Positions 1-10,174 of a DNA stretch of 64,000 nucleotides are shown here, in pieces. Source of the DNA: Bacteroidia bacterium (lineage in GTDB: Bacteria; Bacteroidota; Bacteroidia; SpSt-205). Every line of letters begins with the position of its first letter. Within the stretch, counting starts at the first letter, position 1. A program made the position numbers and the translations under genes. The stretch is from positions 70,727-134,726 of the forward strand of contig JAOAHZ010000007.1 of NCBI GenBank assembly GCA_026414975.1, written 5' to 3'. Under the pieces are notes generated by a model that was not told the origin of the DNA, made no database searches, and saw nothing but the letters and a program-made list of their open reading frames with translations.

Positions 1-490
1 TGGCGCCAAGCCGTTCTCGAATCTGTTCTACGACACCAAAGAAATTAGCGCCTGCTCTGTCCATTTTATTGACGAAGCAGATGCGGGGCACCTTGTATCG
101 GTTTGCCTGACGCCAGACGGTTTCGGATTGGGGCTGGACGCCAGCGACGCCGCAAAAGACTGCCACCGCTCCATCTAAGACACGCATGGAACGCTCTACC
201 TCTACGGTGAAATCTACATGGCCAGGGGTATCGATAATGTTGATGCGGTACTTCTCACCTTGCCAGTTCCAGTAAGTGGTCGTAGCAGCCGCTGTAATCG
301 TAATACCTCGCTCACGCTCTTGGGGCATGTAGTCCATGGTGGCAGTCCCTTCATGCACCTCCCCCAGCTTGTGTGTTAGGCCTGTATAGAAGAGAATGCG
401 TTCGGTTGTTGTTGTTTTCCCTGCATCTATGTGCGCTGCGATACCGATGTTTCGGCAGCGAGACAAGGGTACAGTTGGGTCTATCGGCAT
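1..490 (-). CDS. fusA: Elongation factor G, N-terminal part (runs off the window start)
   Basis: Manual translation from ATG at 490: [37 protein letters not shown]...[13 protein letters not shown]...[12 protein letters not shown]; directly downstream of rpsG. Confidence 0.97.
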   Translation of the reverse strand, partial: MPIDPTVPLSRCRNIGIAAHIDAGKTTTTERILFYTGLTHKLGEVHEGTATMDYMPQERERGITITAAATTTYWNWQGEKYRINIIDTPGHVDFTVEVERSMRVLDGAVAVFCGVAGVQPQSETVWRQANRYKVPRICFVNKMDRAGANFFGVVEQIRERLGA

Positions 491-496
491 AGGATT

Positions 497-964
497 TTAG
501 AATCGGAAATGGGCAAAGGCTTTGTTCGCTTCGGCCATTTTATGCACTTCATCGCGCTTCTTGATAGCGGCTCCCTCATTTTTGGATGCAGCGATAAGCT
601 CTCCAGCCAAGCGATCGGCCATGGTACGCTCACTGCGCTTGCGAGCCGCCTCAATAAGCCAACGCATTGCTAAAGACAACTTGCGCTCTGGACGAGGCTC
701 CATCGGAATCTGCAATGTAGCCCCCCCAACTCGCCTCGGACGAACCTCTAAATGGGGCATAGCATTATTGACCGCCGCTTGAAAGATTTCCAAGGGATTC
801 TGGTTAGTTTTCTGGGCGATGAGCTCTAAGGCTCGGTAAAATATCTGGTAGGCTTTAGTCTTCTTGCCCTCTCGCATAATCTTATTCACAAAGCGAGCGA
901 CCAACTCGCTTTTGTATTTCGGATCAGGAGGGATAACCCGAGGTTCTGGATGCCCTTTTCTCAT
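497..964 (-). CDS. rpsG: 30S ribosomal protein S7
   Basis: [20 protein letters not shown] and [15 protein letters not shown] motifs; str operon order. Confidence 0.98.
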   Translation of the reverse strand: MRKGHPEPRVIPPDPKYKSELVARFVNKIMREGKKTKAYQIFYRALELIAQKTNQNPLEIFQAAVNNAMPHLEVRPRRVGGATLQIPMEPRPERKLSLAMRWLIEAARKRSERTMADRLAGELIAASKNEGAAIKKRDEVHKMAEANKAFAHFRF

Positions 965-1386
965 TTTTTACCTCCTTTCTGAGGCGCGCCTTTGCCGGCT
1001 GGAGCAGCGGCTCCTTTCTTAGGACGTTTAGCTCCATAGAGAGAACGGCCTTGACGGCGCTTTTCTACACCTGCGCACTCTAAGGCCCCGCGTACGATGT
1101 GATAACGCACGCCCGGTAAATCCTTCACGCGTCCGCCTCGTACCAAGACTACCGAGTGTTCTTGTAGATTGTGGCCCTCCCCTGGTATATACGCAATGAT
1201 CTCATACCCGCTGGTAAGCCGCACTTTGGCAACTTTACGCAGAGCTGAGTTAGGCTTCTTTGGAGTAGTAGTATAGACTTTGGTGCAGGTCCCGCGCCGC
1301 TGAGGGCAGCCAACTAAAGCAGGGGACTTGCTCTTGTAAGGCTTGGGCTTTCGCCCATGCCGTATGAGCTGCTGTATCGTAGGCAT
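961..1386 (-). CDS. rpsL: 30S ribosomal protein S12
   Basis: MPTIQQLIR start at 1386, [22 protein letters not shown]; the ORF-track extension to 1500 runs through the promoter. Confidence 0.98.
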   Translation of the reverse strand: MPTIQQLIRHGRKPKPYKSKSPALVGCPQRRGTCTKVYTTTPKKPNSALRKVAKVRLTSGYEIIAYIPGEGHNLQEHSVVLVRGGRVKDLPGVRYHIVRGALECAGVEKRRQGRSLYGAKRPKKGAAAPAGKGAPQKGGKK

Positions 1387-1397
1387 ACAACGGGGTG

Positions 1398-1405
1398 CAA
1401 AGGTA
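1398..1405 (-). promoter_or_regulatory. Bacteroidota sigma-A -7 element (TACCTTTG) of the str operon
   Basis: Exact TAnnTTTG 11 nt upstream of the rpsL ATG; TTTG at 1427-1430 lies 21 nt further upstream (-33-like). Confidence 0.8.
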
Positions 1406-1491
1406 GAAAACTTTCTGCACACGCTGCAAATCCCACCACCCCCTTGCAATGGGAGAGAAGTTTTTACTTTATCAGGAAACTCTGCTCGGTA

Positions 1492-3043
1492 ATGCCCCAA
1501 GTTGCCTCTACCCGCTACCTAAGATACGGGGTGATTGTGCGGCGCGATTTCTTGGCAGGGCTGGTAGTAGCGTTGGTTGCTCTACCCCTCTGCATCGGGA
1601 TTGCCTTAGCCAGTGGTACATCCGCTTCGGCTGGACTGCTTAGTGGAATGATTGGAGGGCTCGTTGTGCCTTTACTCAGCCGTTCGCCTCTGGGTATATC
1701 GGGTCCAGCCGCTGGACTGATTGTACTCGTGGCAGATGCCATGCGCGCCCTAAGTCCATCCGAATGGGCGGTTAGCGTCGCCATAGCCGGAGCTACTCAA
1801 CTGCTCTTAGGTGCCTTGCAGGGTGATGTCATAGGTTACTTTATTCCAAACGCTGTTATACATGGCATGTTAGCGGGTATCGGGGGGATTATTCTCATCC
1901 GACAGATGCCTTCAACCATCGGCTACCAAGCCCTACCGCTGGATGAAGCGATGGCATCTTTATCCTTTTTCAGTGGGTCTATTCACATAGGCGGCCTCAT
2001 CATAGGTATAGTTAGCCTAAGCGTCCTAATCGTATGGGAATATCTCTTTGTCCCTGCACAGTTGAAAAAATGGCTACCCGGTCCTTTAGTTGCAATTGGG
2101 GTAGGCTCAGCAACATCGCTGGTTATGGGAGCTTTTTGGCCGGGGGTTGGCGCTCGCTGAAGAGATGAGGCTCAACCTGCCATCGGATGGAATAAAGATA
2201 AGTTGGGCGATACAGGATTTAGGGGCGATTAGGTGGAGCTTAGCGGCTAAACATGGAGGGCTAATCGGTGTAGTCGCTACGCTGGAGACCCTGCTATCTA
2301 TAGAAGCGGTGGATAAAATGGACCCCTACCGGCGACGAACCCCCAAGCGCCAAGAGATTCTCGCTCAAGGGCTGGGTAATCTCGTAGCTGGATCGGTAGG
2401 AGCCCTTCCAATCACTCAAGTCATCGTGCGAAGTTCAGCAGCTGTACAAGCCGGCGGATACGGACGACTCACAACGCTGTTTCACGGGCTATGCTTAGGA
2501 GTTTTTGGGTTTCTTTTGACCCCTTGGCTCTCGTACATTCCGCTTGCTAGCATCAGCGCTATCCTCGTGGTAGTGGGGTATAAGCTCCTCAAGCCCTCCA
2601 TCTTCATTGAGTTTGCTAAACGAGATATCCGACGACAGTTAGCCCCCTTCGTGATAACTTTTATAGGCGTGATGAGCTTAGACCTTCTTGCAGGCGTAGG
2701 CATGGGACTTGGGCTTTCCACCTTTTTGCTTCTCTGGGAGAGTTATCGCTTAGGCAGTTATGCCGAGCTCCACCAAGAGGGGATTCACTGGACTTTACGC
2801 CTGAGCGAGCAGATCACCTTTTTGAATAAAGCTCATCTGAACCAGACCCTAATGAAAGTTCCCCCTGGAACAGACCTTTTCATAGATACGCGGGCAGTAC
2901 GCTACATGGACGCTGACGTAGCAGACCTTCTTGCTGAATATGCCCAAGAAGCCCACAAAAGGGGCATCAGGGTTAGGATTGGAGGGGACGAGTCAGCCAA
3001 AGGCGCCTATCTCTCCTCCTCTAAGCAGTCTAAGGGCGCTTGA
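1492..3043 (+). pseudogene. SulP-family inorganic anion transporter, frameshifted at the G5 run 2142-2146 (or a sequencing error)
   Basis: ORF1 has DFLAGLVVALVALPLCIGIALASG and GISGPAAGL; ORF2 has LETLLSIEAVDKMDP, QGLGN, ITQVIVRSS and a STAS-like tail. Deleting one G joins them as ...FWPG-LALAEEMRLNLP. Start is 1492 (ATG) or 1531 (GTG). Confidence 0.8.
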
Positions 3044-3133
3044 TATTAGCTAAACTTCCCCTGACATGGTGTTTCTTTTTCCTTATAGGGGTCTCGGATT
3101 GACTCAGAGAGGTTCGGAGCCCCTGCCCTTCAA

Positions 3134-5986
3134 TCATTTGGTTTCCACTTCCGCATAGCTCGCCACAGGAGGACATGTACAGACCAAGTGGCGGTCTCCA
3201 TAGGCATGGTCTACTCGGGCCACAGGCGGCCATACTTTATGCTGCCACAGCCAAGGAGCAGGAAAACCACCTTGCTCGCGGGAATAGGGACGATTCCAGC
3301 TCTCTGATGCTATGGCGCGCTGAGTATGCGGCGCCCGTCGGAGCGGACTCTCGTCTAAAAGCACTTCCCCCCGTTCAACCTGAGCTATTTCCTCTCGTAT
3401 GCGCTGCATGGCATACACGAATCGGTCAAGTTCAGCCAAGTCCTCGCTTTCGGTTGGCTCTATCATCATGGTACCCACGACTGGAAAAGATACGGTAGGT
3501 GCATGAAAACCAAAGTCAATGAGCCGCTTGGCTATATCATCCACTTCTATCCCTGCTTTAGCCTTGAAGCTGCGGAGGTCTATGATAAACTCGTGGGCGA
3601 CCAGCCCATTTTCATCTGTGTACAGAATAGGATAATAAGCAGACAAGCGAGCCTTGAGATAGTTAGCGTTTAGAAGGGCGATTTGGGAGGCGTAACGGAG
3701 TCCATCGGCTCCCATCATTCGGATATAGGCATAAGATATCCAGAGGATCAAAGCACTCCCATAAGGGGCAGCCGCCACAGGTCCAATGCCGGCCTCCCCG
3801 CCTGTGGGTATCACAGGATGTGTAGGCAAGTACGGCGCTAAATGAGCGGCGACAGCGATAGGACCCATACCGGGTCCCCCTCCACCATGAGGTATGGAAA
3901 AAGTCTTGTGTAAATTCATATGGCATACATCAGCGCCTATAAGGGCAGGAGCGGTCAGTCCGACTTGAGCATTGAGATTGGCTCCATCCATGTAGACTTG
4001 GCCGCCTGCTTGATGGACTATATCACAGACCCACCGAATGTGCCGCTCATAAATCCCGTGGGTAGAAGGGTAAGTGATCATAATGGCTGCCAAGCGATCC
4101 GCATACTGATTGACTTTCGCTCTAAGGTCTTCTGAGTCAATATTTCCTTGCTCGTCAGCTTTGACTACGACGACGGAGTATCCCGCTAAGACAGCGCTTG
4201 CAGGATTCGTACCATGGGCTGAGGACGGCACTAAGACGATGTCCCGCTGTTTTTCACCGCGAGCTTCGTGATAGCGTCGGATGACCATGAGGCCCGTGTA
4301 TTCGCCTTGAGCACCCGAGTTAGGTTGAAAGCTGACTTGGGCGAATCCCGTTATCTCGCACAAATACTGTCCAAGGCGAGAGAGCATTTCATGATAACCA
4401 GCGGCCTGCTCCTTGGGAATAAAGGGATGAAGGCTATTGAGCTCAAGCCAGCTCAGGGGCATGAGAGCAGCTACAGGATTGAGCTTCATGGTACAGGACC
4501 CCAGCGGAATCATAGAATGAACCAGAGATATGTCTCTACTAACCAACCGATGAAGAAATCGGGTGAGCTGATGCTCTCCTCGGTATTGATGAAAGGTCGG
4601 ATGGGTCAGATAAGGAGCCTGCCGTCGGAGTCTGTCTGGAAAAGCTGAGAGAGCGGTGGAGGGAAGAGCCGCAGAGCGCCCGACCGCTTGAGAAAAGATA
4701 GCCAGAAGGTCTTGAAGGTCTTTCTCTCTAACGGTTTCGTCTAAACTAAGTCCTACGCCTCCATCCTCATAATAGCGGAGATTGATGTGATAGGAAGCGG
4801 CTACCTCTCGCACCTTTTCAGACTGAGAGGGGGTGAGACAAAGACGTAGGGTATCAAAGTAACTATCATAAATCGGCTCTATGCCAAGGGTTCGGAGGGC
4901 CTCAGCAAGCCGAGCGGTCTGATGATGGATTCGCCGAGCCAACTCCTGAAGAGCTTCTGGCCCGTGATAGATCGCATACAAAGTGGCCAGGTGCGCTAAA
5001 AGAACCTGAGCGGTACATATATTACTGGTGGCTTTTTCTCGCTTGATATGCTGTTCTCGTGTTTGGAGGGCAAGACGATAAGCGGGTTGCCCCTCTGAAT
5101 CTATGGTGAGTCCGACTATGCGTCCTGGCATGTGACGCTTATAAGGTTCAGCCGCAGCGAAGAAAGCTGCGTGAGGTCCTCCATACCCCATAGGTACGCC
5201 AAAGCGTTGGCTAGAGCCGAATGCCACATCAGCGCCTAAATAGCCTGGAGACTCAGCTATGGTAAGGAAAAGAAGGTCTGTCGCCACGGCCACTTGAACT
5301 CCAGCCGCTTTGGCTGCTTGAATAAGCTCGGGCAAATGAGGACGCACCCAGCCATCGGTCGTAGGATAAGCCAAAATAGACCCAAAATACCGATCCCATG
5401 GAGCTTGCTCGGGTTTGCCTACCTCCACGGAAATGCCCAGACCGTAAGCCCGAGTCTGAACTACCCCTATAACTTGCGGATGAAGGTGCTCATCTACAAA
5501 GAAAGCTCGGTCTTTACCCCGAGCTACAGTATAAAACATGAATAAAGCCTCGGCTGCAGCGGTAGCTTCATCCAATAAGGAAGCGTTGGCCAGCGGTAAG
5601 CCTGTGAGGTCTGAGACCATAGTCTGAAACAGCATAAGCAGCTCTAATCGCCCTTGAGCTATTTCGGGTTGGTATGGCGTGTAGGCGGTGTACCAAGCAG
5701 GGTTCTCCAAAACGAGCCGCTGGATAACGGGTGGTGTGTAGGTGCCATAGTATCCCATCCCGATGTAGGTGCGCCAGCGCAGATTTTTTTGGGCTAAAGC
5801 CCGCATCTCTTCTAAGATTTCCACTTCGGAAGCAGGCGGCGGTAAGTTGAGAGGGGTTGAGCGTCGAATATCAGCCGGTATGATAGCATCGGTGAGGGAT
5901 TCTAAGCTACTTGCACCGATGACATGGAGCATGTGCTGGATATCCTCTGGATCGTGAGGTACATGTCGCCGAACGAAAGGCATCAT
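3134..5986 (-). CDS. gcvP: Glycine dehydrogenase (decarboxylating), glycine cleavage P protein
   Basis: YTAYTPYQPEIAQGRLE, KATSNICTAQ, PLGSCTMKLN, HMNLHKTFSIPHGGGGPGMGP. Confidence 0.98.
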   Translation of the reverse strand: MMPFVRRHVPHDPEDIQHMLHVIGASSLESLTDAIIPADIRRSTPLNLPPPASEVEILEEMRALAQKNLRWRTYIGMGYYGTYTPPVIQRLVLENPAWYTAYTPYQPEIAQGRLELLMLFQTMVSDLTGLPLANASLLDEATAAAEALFMFYTVARGKDRAFFVDEHLHPQVIGVVQTRAYGLGISVEVGKPEQAPWDRYFGSILAYPTTDGWVRPHLPELIQAAKAAGVQVAVATDLLFLTIAESPGYLGADVAFGSSQRFGVPMGYGGPHAAFFAAAEPYKRHMPGRIVGLTIDSEGQPAYRLALQTREQHIKREKATSNICTAQVLLAHLATLYAIYHGPEALQELARRIHHQTARLAEALRTLGIEPIYDSYFDTLRLCLTPSQSEKVREVAASYHINLRYYEDGGVGLSLDETVREKDLQDLLAIFSQAVGRSAALPSTALSAFPDRLRRQAPYLTHPTFHQYRGEHQLTRFLHRLVSRDISLVHSMIPLGSCTMKLNPVAALMPLSWLELNSLHPFIPKEQAAGYHEMLSRLGQYLCEITGFAQVSFQPNSGAQGEYTGLMVIRRYHEARGEKQRDIVLVPSSAHGTNPASAVLAGYSVVVVKADEQGNIDSEDLRAKVNQYADRLAAIMITYPSTHGIYERHIRWVCDIVHQAGGQVYMDGANLNAQVGLTAPALIGADVCHMNLHKTFSIPHGGGGPGMGPIAVAAHLAPYLPTHPVIPTGGEAGIGPVAAAPYGSALILWISYAYIRMMGADGLRYASQIALLNANYLKARLSAYYPILYTDENGLVAHEFIIDLRSFKAKAGIEVDDIAKRLIDFGFHAPTVSFPVVGTMMIEPTESEDLAELDRFVYAMQRIREEIAQVERGEVLLDESPLRRAPHTQRAIASESWNRPYSREQGGFPAPWLWQHKVWPPVARVDHAYGDRHLVCTCPPVASYAEVETK

Positions 5987-5991
5987 CTCAG

Positions 5992-5999
5992 CAAAACTA
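5992..5999 (-). promoter_or_regulatory. -7 promoter element TAGTTTTG for gcvP
   Basis: Exact TAnnTTTG 5 nt upstream of the ATG at 5986. Confidence 0.7.
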
Positions 6000-6133
6000 A
6001 ACAGATTGCTGCGGGTGGGCGTTTTTGGAAGAGAACGATGCGAGGGGGCATGGGCGTCAGCTCGGGAGAAGGGACATGGGTAGCCCTTCGCCTATGCCAC
6101 GAGGGGTGGAGAGTTTGGGTGTTTTTTGAGCCC

Positions 6134-6170
6134 GGGGGCGCGCCAGCGCCAAAGGCGCTGGCGCGCCCCC
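6134..6170. repeat. Perfect 17-bp GC-rich inverted repeat with AAA loop
   Basis: GGGGGCGCGCCAGCGCC-AAA-GGCGCTGGCGCGCCCCC read directly. Confidence 0.95.
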
Positions 6171-6336
6171 CCCGCCTTCCATAAACCAAAGCTAATGAGT
6201 TCAGAGACACCCTAACGCTCTCAAAAGCAAAAGACATAGACAACCCCAGTGGCCAGCACAGCCTAAAAGCACTTAAGTCCAAAGCCAAACTAAACCCCTT
6301 TCGCCAAACCCTTTTTCTCAGCCCAACAGCACCACC

Positions 6337-6873
6337 TCAGTCGCGCCGCCTGTATATTCCATAAAAACTCACCTCCACCTCCTCAGCTATTTTTTCCCAC
6401 AAAAGACGAGGTATCTTGATTTTGTAATCCGTAGGACGAACCAAAAAGCGTCCGCTAAGCTGTAACACGCCTTGAGGTTTGACCTCGTAAACGCCTGAAA
6501 GAACCTCCTCCCGTCTTACCCCGTGTATTTCTATCATGCCCCGTGCGCTGACAGCGTAAGTACCAGGCTGCGTATACGGAAAAGGCGCCACGAGCTTACC
6601 CCGAAAGTAAGCGTAGGGATACTTATCCGACTCCAGATAGTTTTCATTGAAGTGTTCCTCCATGAGCTTATTGGGAAACGAAAATCCCCGAATCCGCACC
6701 TGAACATACACGGAATCTGTCGCAAAGTCTATCCAGCTGCGGCATCCGTTTTTATTCTCGGCGGCTATTTTCTCCAGAGGAGCATCCGAGTAGAAGCGTA
6801 TGACTAAGGTGTCTGTCTCATAGCGCTGAGCCCACGTAGTCGTAAGGCAAAGGGTAGCGAGCCATCGTTTCAT
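6337..6873 (-). CDS. YceI-family (lipid/polyisoprenoid-binding) exported protein
   Basis: FYSDAPLEKI, LMEEHFNENYLESDKYP, IHGV, DYKIKIP; signal peptide MKRWLATLCLTTTWAQ from ATG 6873. Confidence 0.88.
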   Translation of the reverse strand: MKRWLATLCLTTTWAQRYETDTLVIRFYSDAPLEKIAAENKNGCRSWIDFATDSVYVQVRIRGFSFPNKLMEEHFNENYLESDKYPYAYFRGKLVAPFPYTQPGTYAVSARGMIEIHGVRREEVLSGVYEVKPQGVLQLSGRFLVRPTDYKIKIPRLLWEKIAEEVEVSFYGIYRRRD

Positions 6874-6877
6874 CCCG

Positions 6878-7771
6878 CTAAGGACCATACACAGGACCTC
6901 CTTGAAATGAGAAAATGCGGGAAATATTGAAGCCCAGTCTCAATAGGAACCTCTGGGTGAGGAGGGTTCGGTTTTCGCTCAGTCCCTCGGCGTTGGTAAG
7001 GCCTATCTGGAAAACATGGCCGCCAGTCTCTATTTCGGTCCCAGCGCTCCATGGCAACCGATAAGAAGGTAGGACAGAGCGCTTCCACAGAGGCAGGCAT
7101 CCTTCAGCGAAAACCGTAAGGCGAGAAGTGAGCTTGAGACGAGCTCCAAGCAGAGCCCAACCCCATGTATTAGGAAGGCTGGTCTCTAAAGCCATATTTT
7201 GATGCAAAACGAGAGCCCCCGCAAGCAGAGAAACGCTCCGAGAGAACTTGCGAGCAATAAGGAGCTGATGAAGGTACTCCCAACGGTCACTGAATGTGGG
7301 ATATCGGACAGAGTCCTGCACTTCTGTAACGAACGCCGAAGTTATCCAGGTCATGGAAATAGGTATTCCCCCGGGTTCTGTCTGCCGCAGTAGGCGCAGC
7401 TTGAGGTAACCATTCCACCACTTGCCTATACCCGTGCGTTCTATACCTACCTCTGCCCAGTTTAGAGGACTGTACCCTAAGCTAACCCGAACAGTAGCCC
7501 CAGCGTCTATACCAAAAAAATTTCGGTATCCCTGCGTTAAGTCCCCAAAACGATGCGCCACACGAAACTCTAAGTGGTGAGCTGCGGGTATCTCCGTAGT
7601 GTGAAAGTTATATAACCTCGTGCCTTTGAAGGTGGCTAAAACAGGGACTCGTTCTTCAAGGGTTTGCCCCCAAGCTATGGAGATGAATGAGCAACAGTCT
7701 AACTTAATCCAAATCAACACTAACAAAACCTTTCGATACGACAGGGTTTTTATTCGGGTGCAGGGGTTCAC
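6878..7771 (-). CDS. DUF5777-like outer-membrane beta-barrel protein
   Basis: TFKGTRLYNFHTTE, LEFRVAHRFG, FFGIDAGA, ETGGHVFQ, LGFNISRIF; context next to YceI; GTG start at 7771 overlapping the upstream stop is inferred. Confidence 0.8.
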   Translation of the reverse strand: MNPCTRIKTLSYRKVLLVLIWIKLDCCSFISIAWGQTLEERVPVLATFKGTRLYNFHTTEIPAAHHLEFRVAHRFGDLTQGYRNFFGIDAGATVRVSLGYSPLNWAEVGIERTGIGKWWNGYLKLRLLRQTEPGGIPISMTWITSAFVTEVQDSVRYPTFSDRWEYLHQLLIARKFSRSVSLLAGALVLHQNMALETSLPNTWGWALLGARLKLTSRLTVFAEGCLPLWKRSVLPSYRLPWSAGTEIETGGHVFQIGLTNAEGLSENRTLLTQRFLLRLGFNISRIFSFQGGPVYGP

Positions 7772-8121
7772 TGAGGATAGCCTGTGTCTATCCATTTCTT
7801 CAAAGAAGCAAGCGTGCAATCGTCTAACTTTCCACTGGGAGGCATAGAACCATTTTGCATGACGCGATACCAGTCGCCTTGTTCCGCTGAACGACGCACT
7901 TCCTGATAAGAGTCCAAGCGGACACCCCCAGATGGATTAGTCCCGCTATGGCAGCTTATGCAGTGCCAGCGCATTACTTGGGCTACATATCCATTGTAGG
8001 TGATGGTAGTCGTGTCCAATCCAGGGCAGGCGCTGTGGGGCGGCTGGGGCTTCTCTCTCTTGCAAGATAGCAGTGAGGTCCCCATCATGAGGAGCTGTAA
8101 GCAAGTGGCGGCACGAAGCAT
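7768..8121 (-). CDS. Small c-type cytochrome lipoprotein
   Basis: Lipobox-like LLSC, haem motif CISCH, distal SMPP, KKWIDTG. Confidence 0.8.
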   Translation of the reverse strand: MLRAATCLQLLMMGTSLLSCKREKPQPPHSACPGLDTTTITYNGYVAQVMRWHCISCHSGTNPSGGVRLDSYQEVRRSAEQGDWYRVMQNGSMPPSGKLDDCTLASLKKWIDTGYPQ

Positions 8122-8147
8122 ATCTTGTAAAACAAAACTAAGCCTGT

Positions 8148-9368
8148 CTAAACCTTAGGAAGCGTGAAGTATTCTTCGGCCCAGGTGCGCAGGGCTGCGT
8201 GCGGCACTTTTTCAACAACTTCAGCTAAGAAGGCCCGATGCAACATAGACCGGGCTTTTTCCTCAGGTATGCCCCGAGCCTGAAGGTAAAATAGCATATC
8301 ACCCTGGAGAAATCCCGTGGTCACGCCATGGGTACATCGTACATCGTCCGCAAAGATTTCCAACTGAGGGCGGCTGTAGGACACCGCAGAAGGGGCCGTA
8401 AGTAGAGCTTTGTGAGACTGGTAAGCATTGGTCTTTTGCGCAGCTCGGCTTACAAAAATGCGGCCTTGGAATGCACGACGCCCGCCAGCTTCTACGAGAG
8501 ACTTGAATAACTGGTTACTCTCGGTATGAGGCGCTCTATGCTCTACCCGTATAGCTGTGTCTGCAAAAGCCCCTTCCGTTACCTGCGTAGCACCATGCAA
8601 ATGAGCACTGGCTCTTTGACCCCCGAGCTGAATCCGCATCTCGCTTCGCATCCAAGCCGTAGCAGCATGAAGCTCGTAGGTCTCTATAGTTGCATCCTCT
8701 TCTACATAAGCCGTTAGGATGAGATAGCGATAGGACTCGCCTGAGTCCCGAGGTGAAGGATAGTAAAACCGAAGCCGACCCCCTCGTTGAACATGAAGGT
8801 GCCATCGCACCAGAGAGAGTCCTTCCCCTTCTAAGGAGAACCAGACCTCGCCCACCGCTGATTCCGGCACGATAGCGGTGAAAAGCTGGGCAGCAAAGGC
8901 ACCCGGATTGCGCAGCGCAACACCGATGGGTTCTCCATCAGCCAGCATAAAATGCCGCTGGTGGGCTGCACCAGCTAACAGCGCCTCCCAAGGAGAGAGA
9001 GGCTCTGGAAAGCTCTGAATCGCTGGGTTTCTCTCATCTAACGATTCTCTTGGATCACTCAAGCTATCTCCCGCAACCCCAAACGGCTGACCATACTCAA
9101 ATGGGACATAGTCCCAGCGTTGTCTGAGCAGATCCATTGGAGTGTATTTCCAATCCTCTTTGAGAACCTGTTCAGTGAAAAGATGCGAAAGGTCTCCCGC
9201 CTCCATCCACGAAAGAGCTCTATCTCGGAGAGGCGAAGGGGTGCTTCGCCCCATACTTCGTAAAAGTTGAGTCAAATGCGCCGCTCCTTCCTCCAAGGAC
9301 AATCTTGCTCTTAAGGTCGTTTCCATATCAGGCAGGATTGAGAAGAGACTCGTAACCGCTCTTTTCAA
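8148..9368 (-). CDS. sufD: Fe-S cluster assembly protein SufD
   Basis: EDWKYT, ESNQLFK, FQGRIFV, AQKTNAYQ, PQLEIFADDVRCTHG, FYLQARGI; start may be the ATG at about 9326 (METTLR). Confidence 0.9.
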   Translation of the reverse strand: MKRAVTSLFSILPDMETTLRARLSLEEGAAHLTQLLRSMGRSTPSPLRDRALSWMEAGDLSHLFTEQVLKEDWKYTPMDLLRQRWDYVPFEYGQPFGVAGDSLSDPRESLDERNPAIQSFPEPLSPWEALLAGAAHQRHFMLADGEPIGVALRNPGAFAAQLFTAIVPESAVGEVWFSLEGEGLSLVRWHLHVQRGGRLRFYYPSPRDSGESYRYLILTAYVEEDATIETYELHAATAWMRSEMRIQLGGQRASAHLHGATQVTEGAFADTAIRVEHRAPHTESNQLFKSLVEAGGRRAFQGRIFVSRAAQKTNAYQSHKALLTAPSAVSYSRPQLEIFADDVRCTHGVTTGFLQGDMLFYLQARGIPEEKARSMLHRAFLAEVVEKVPHAALRTWAEEYFTLPKV

Positions 9369-10074
9369 GCTCTAAAGCCAGGTCAGCTCCACCCGATCGT
9401 ACGATGCGCCCATCCATTAGTATATGAACCACATCTGGTTGAATGTACTGGAGAATCCGATGGTAATGCGTGATAATGATAAAAGAGCGTTCGGGGCTGC
9501 GCAGTGTATTGACCGCATCCGCTACAATCCGAAGGGCATCTATATCTAATCCAGAGTCAGTCTCATCCATGACCACGAGCTTTGGATTCAGCACAGCCAT
9601 TTGAAAGATTTCGGCTCGCTTTCTCTCACCGCCCGAGAAGCCCTCATTCACGGCTCGGGTGAGAAAAGAGGCATCTAACTTGAGCAGGGCGGCTTTCTCC
9701 CGCAGAAGCGCCATCAGCTCAGCTGTATCCAGAGGCTCTAATCCCTTAGCTGCGCGATGGGCGTTAAGAGCCGCTCGAAGAAACTGCACCATGCTTACGC
9801 CAGGGATTTCCACAGGGTATTGGAAAGCCAAAAAAATACCCGCATGGCTACGCTCCTCCGGTGACATGTCTAAAAGATTCCTTCCCTCATACAGTATCTC
9901 TCCTTGCGTAACTTCATACCCATCCCGACCCGTAAGGATAGCCGCCAAAGTACTCTTGCCTGCCCCGTTGGGACCCATGATGGCATGGACCTCTCCAAGA
10001 TTGACCGTGAGATTGAGGCCTTTGAGAATAGGGCGCCTCTCTACCGAAGCATGAAGGTCTCGTATCGTCAGCAT
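9328..10074 (-). CDS. sufC: Fe-S cluster assembly ATPase SufC
   Basis: GPNGAGKST, FLAFQYPVEIPG, NEGFSGGERKR, DETDSGLDIDAL, ITHY. Confidence 0.97.
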   Translation of the reverse strand: MLTIRDLHASVERRPILKGLNLTVNLGEVHAIMGPNGAGKSTLAAILTGRDGYEVTQGEILYEGRNLLDMSPEERSHAGIFLAFQYPVEIPGVSMVQFLRAALNAHRAAKGLEPLDTAELMALLREKAALLKLDASFLTRAVNEGFSGGERKRAEIFQMAVLNPKLVVMDETDSGLDIDALRIVADAVNTLRSPERSFIIITHYHRILQYIQPDVVHILMDGRIVRSGGADLALELEKSGYESLLNPA

Positions 10075-10120
10075 AATCCGTGCAAAGTTGAATATAACCT
10101 AAGTACCTCACCGCTTAAAC

Positions 10121-10154
10121 AAAAAAGGGTGGGCTTTTGCTACAAAGCCCACCC
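10121..10154 (-). terminator. Intrinsic terminator of the T9SS cargo gene
   Basis: 11-bp stem GGGTGGGCTTT/AAAGCCCACCC followed on the minus strand by T6, about 20 nt after the stop at 10175. Confidence 0.85.
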
Positions 10155-10174
10155 GATTTGCGGAGAAAAAGGTC

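Noticed and set aside
961..1030. Lys/Ala/Gly-rich C-terminal extension of S12
   Set aside because: Short basic tails on S12 are common and not informative alone
2158..2160. Selenocysteine or stop read-through in SulP
   Set aside because: The downstream half is in a different frame, so read-through cannot join them
5987..6336. Glycine riboswitch upstream of gcvP
   Set aside because: Only a GGCGAAGG-like fragment on the minus strand; the GGAGA and CTCAGG elements are missing and the promoter lies 5 nt from the ATG
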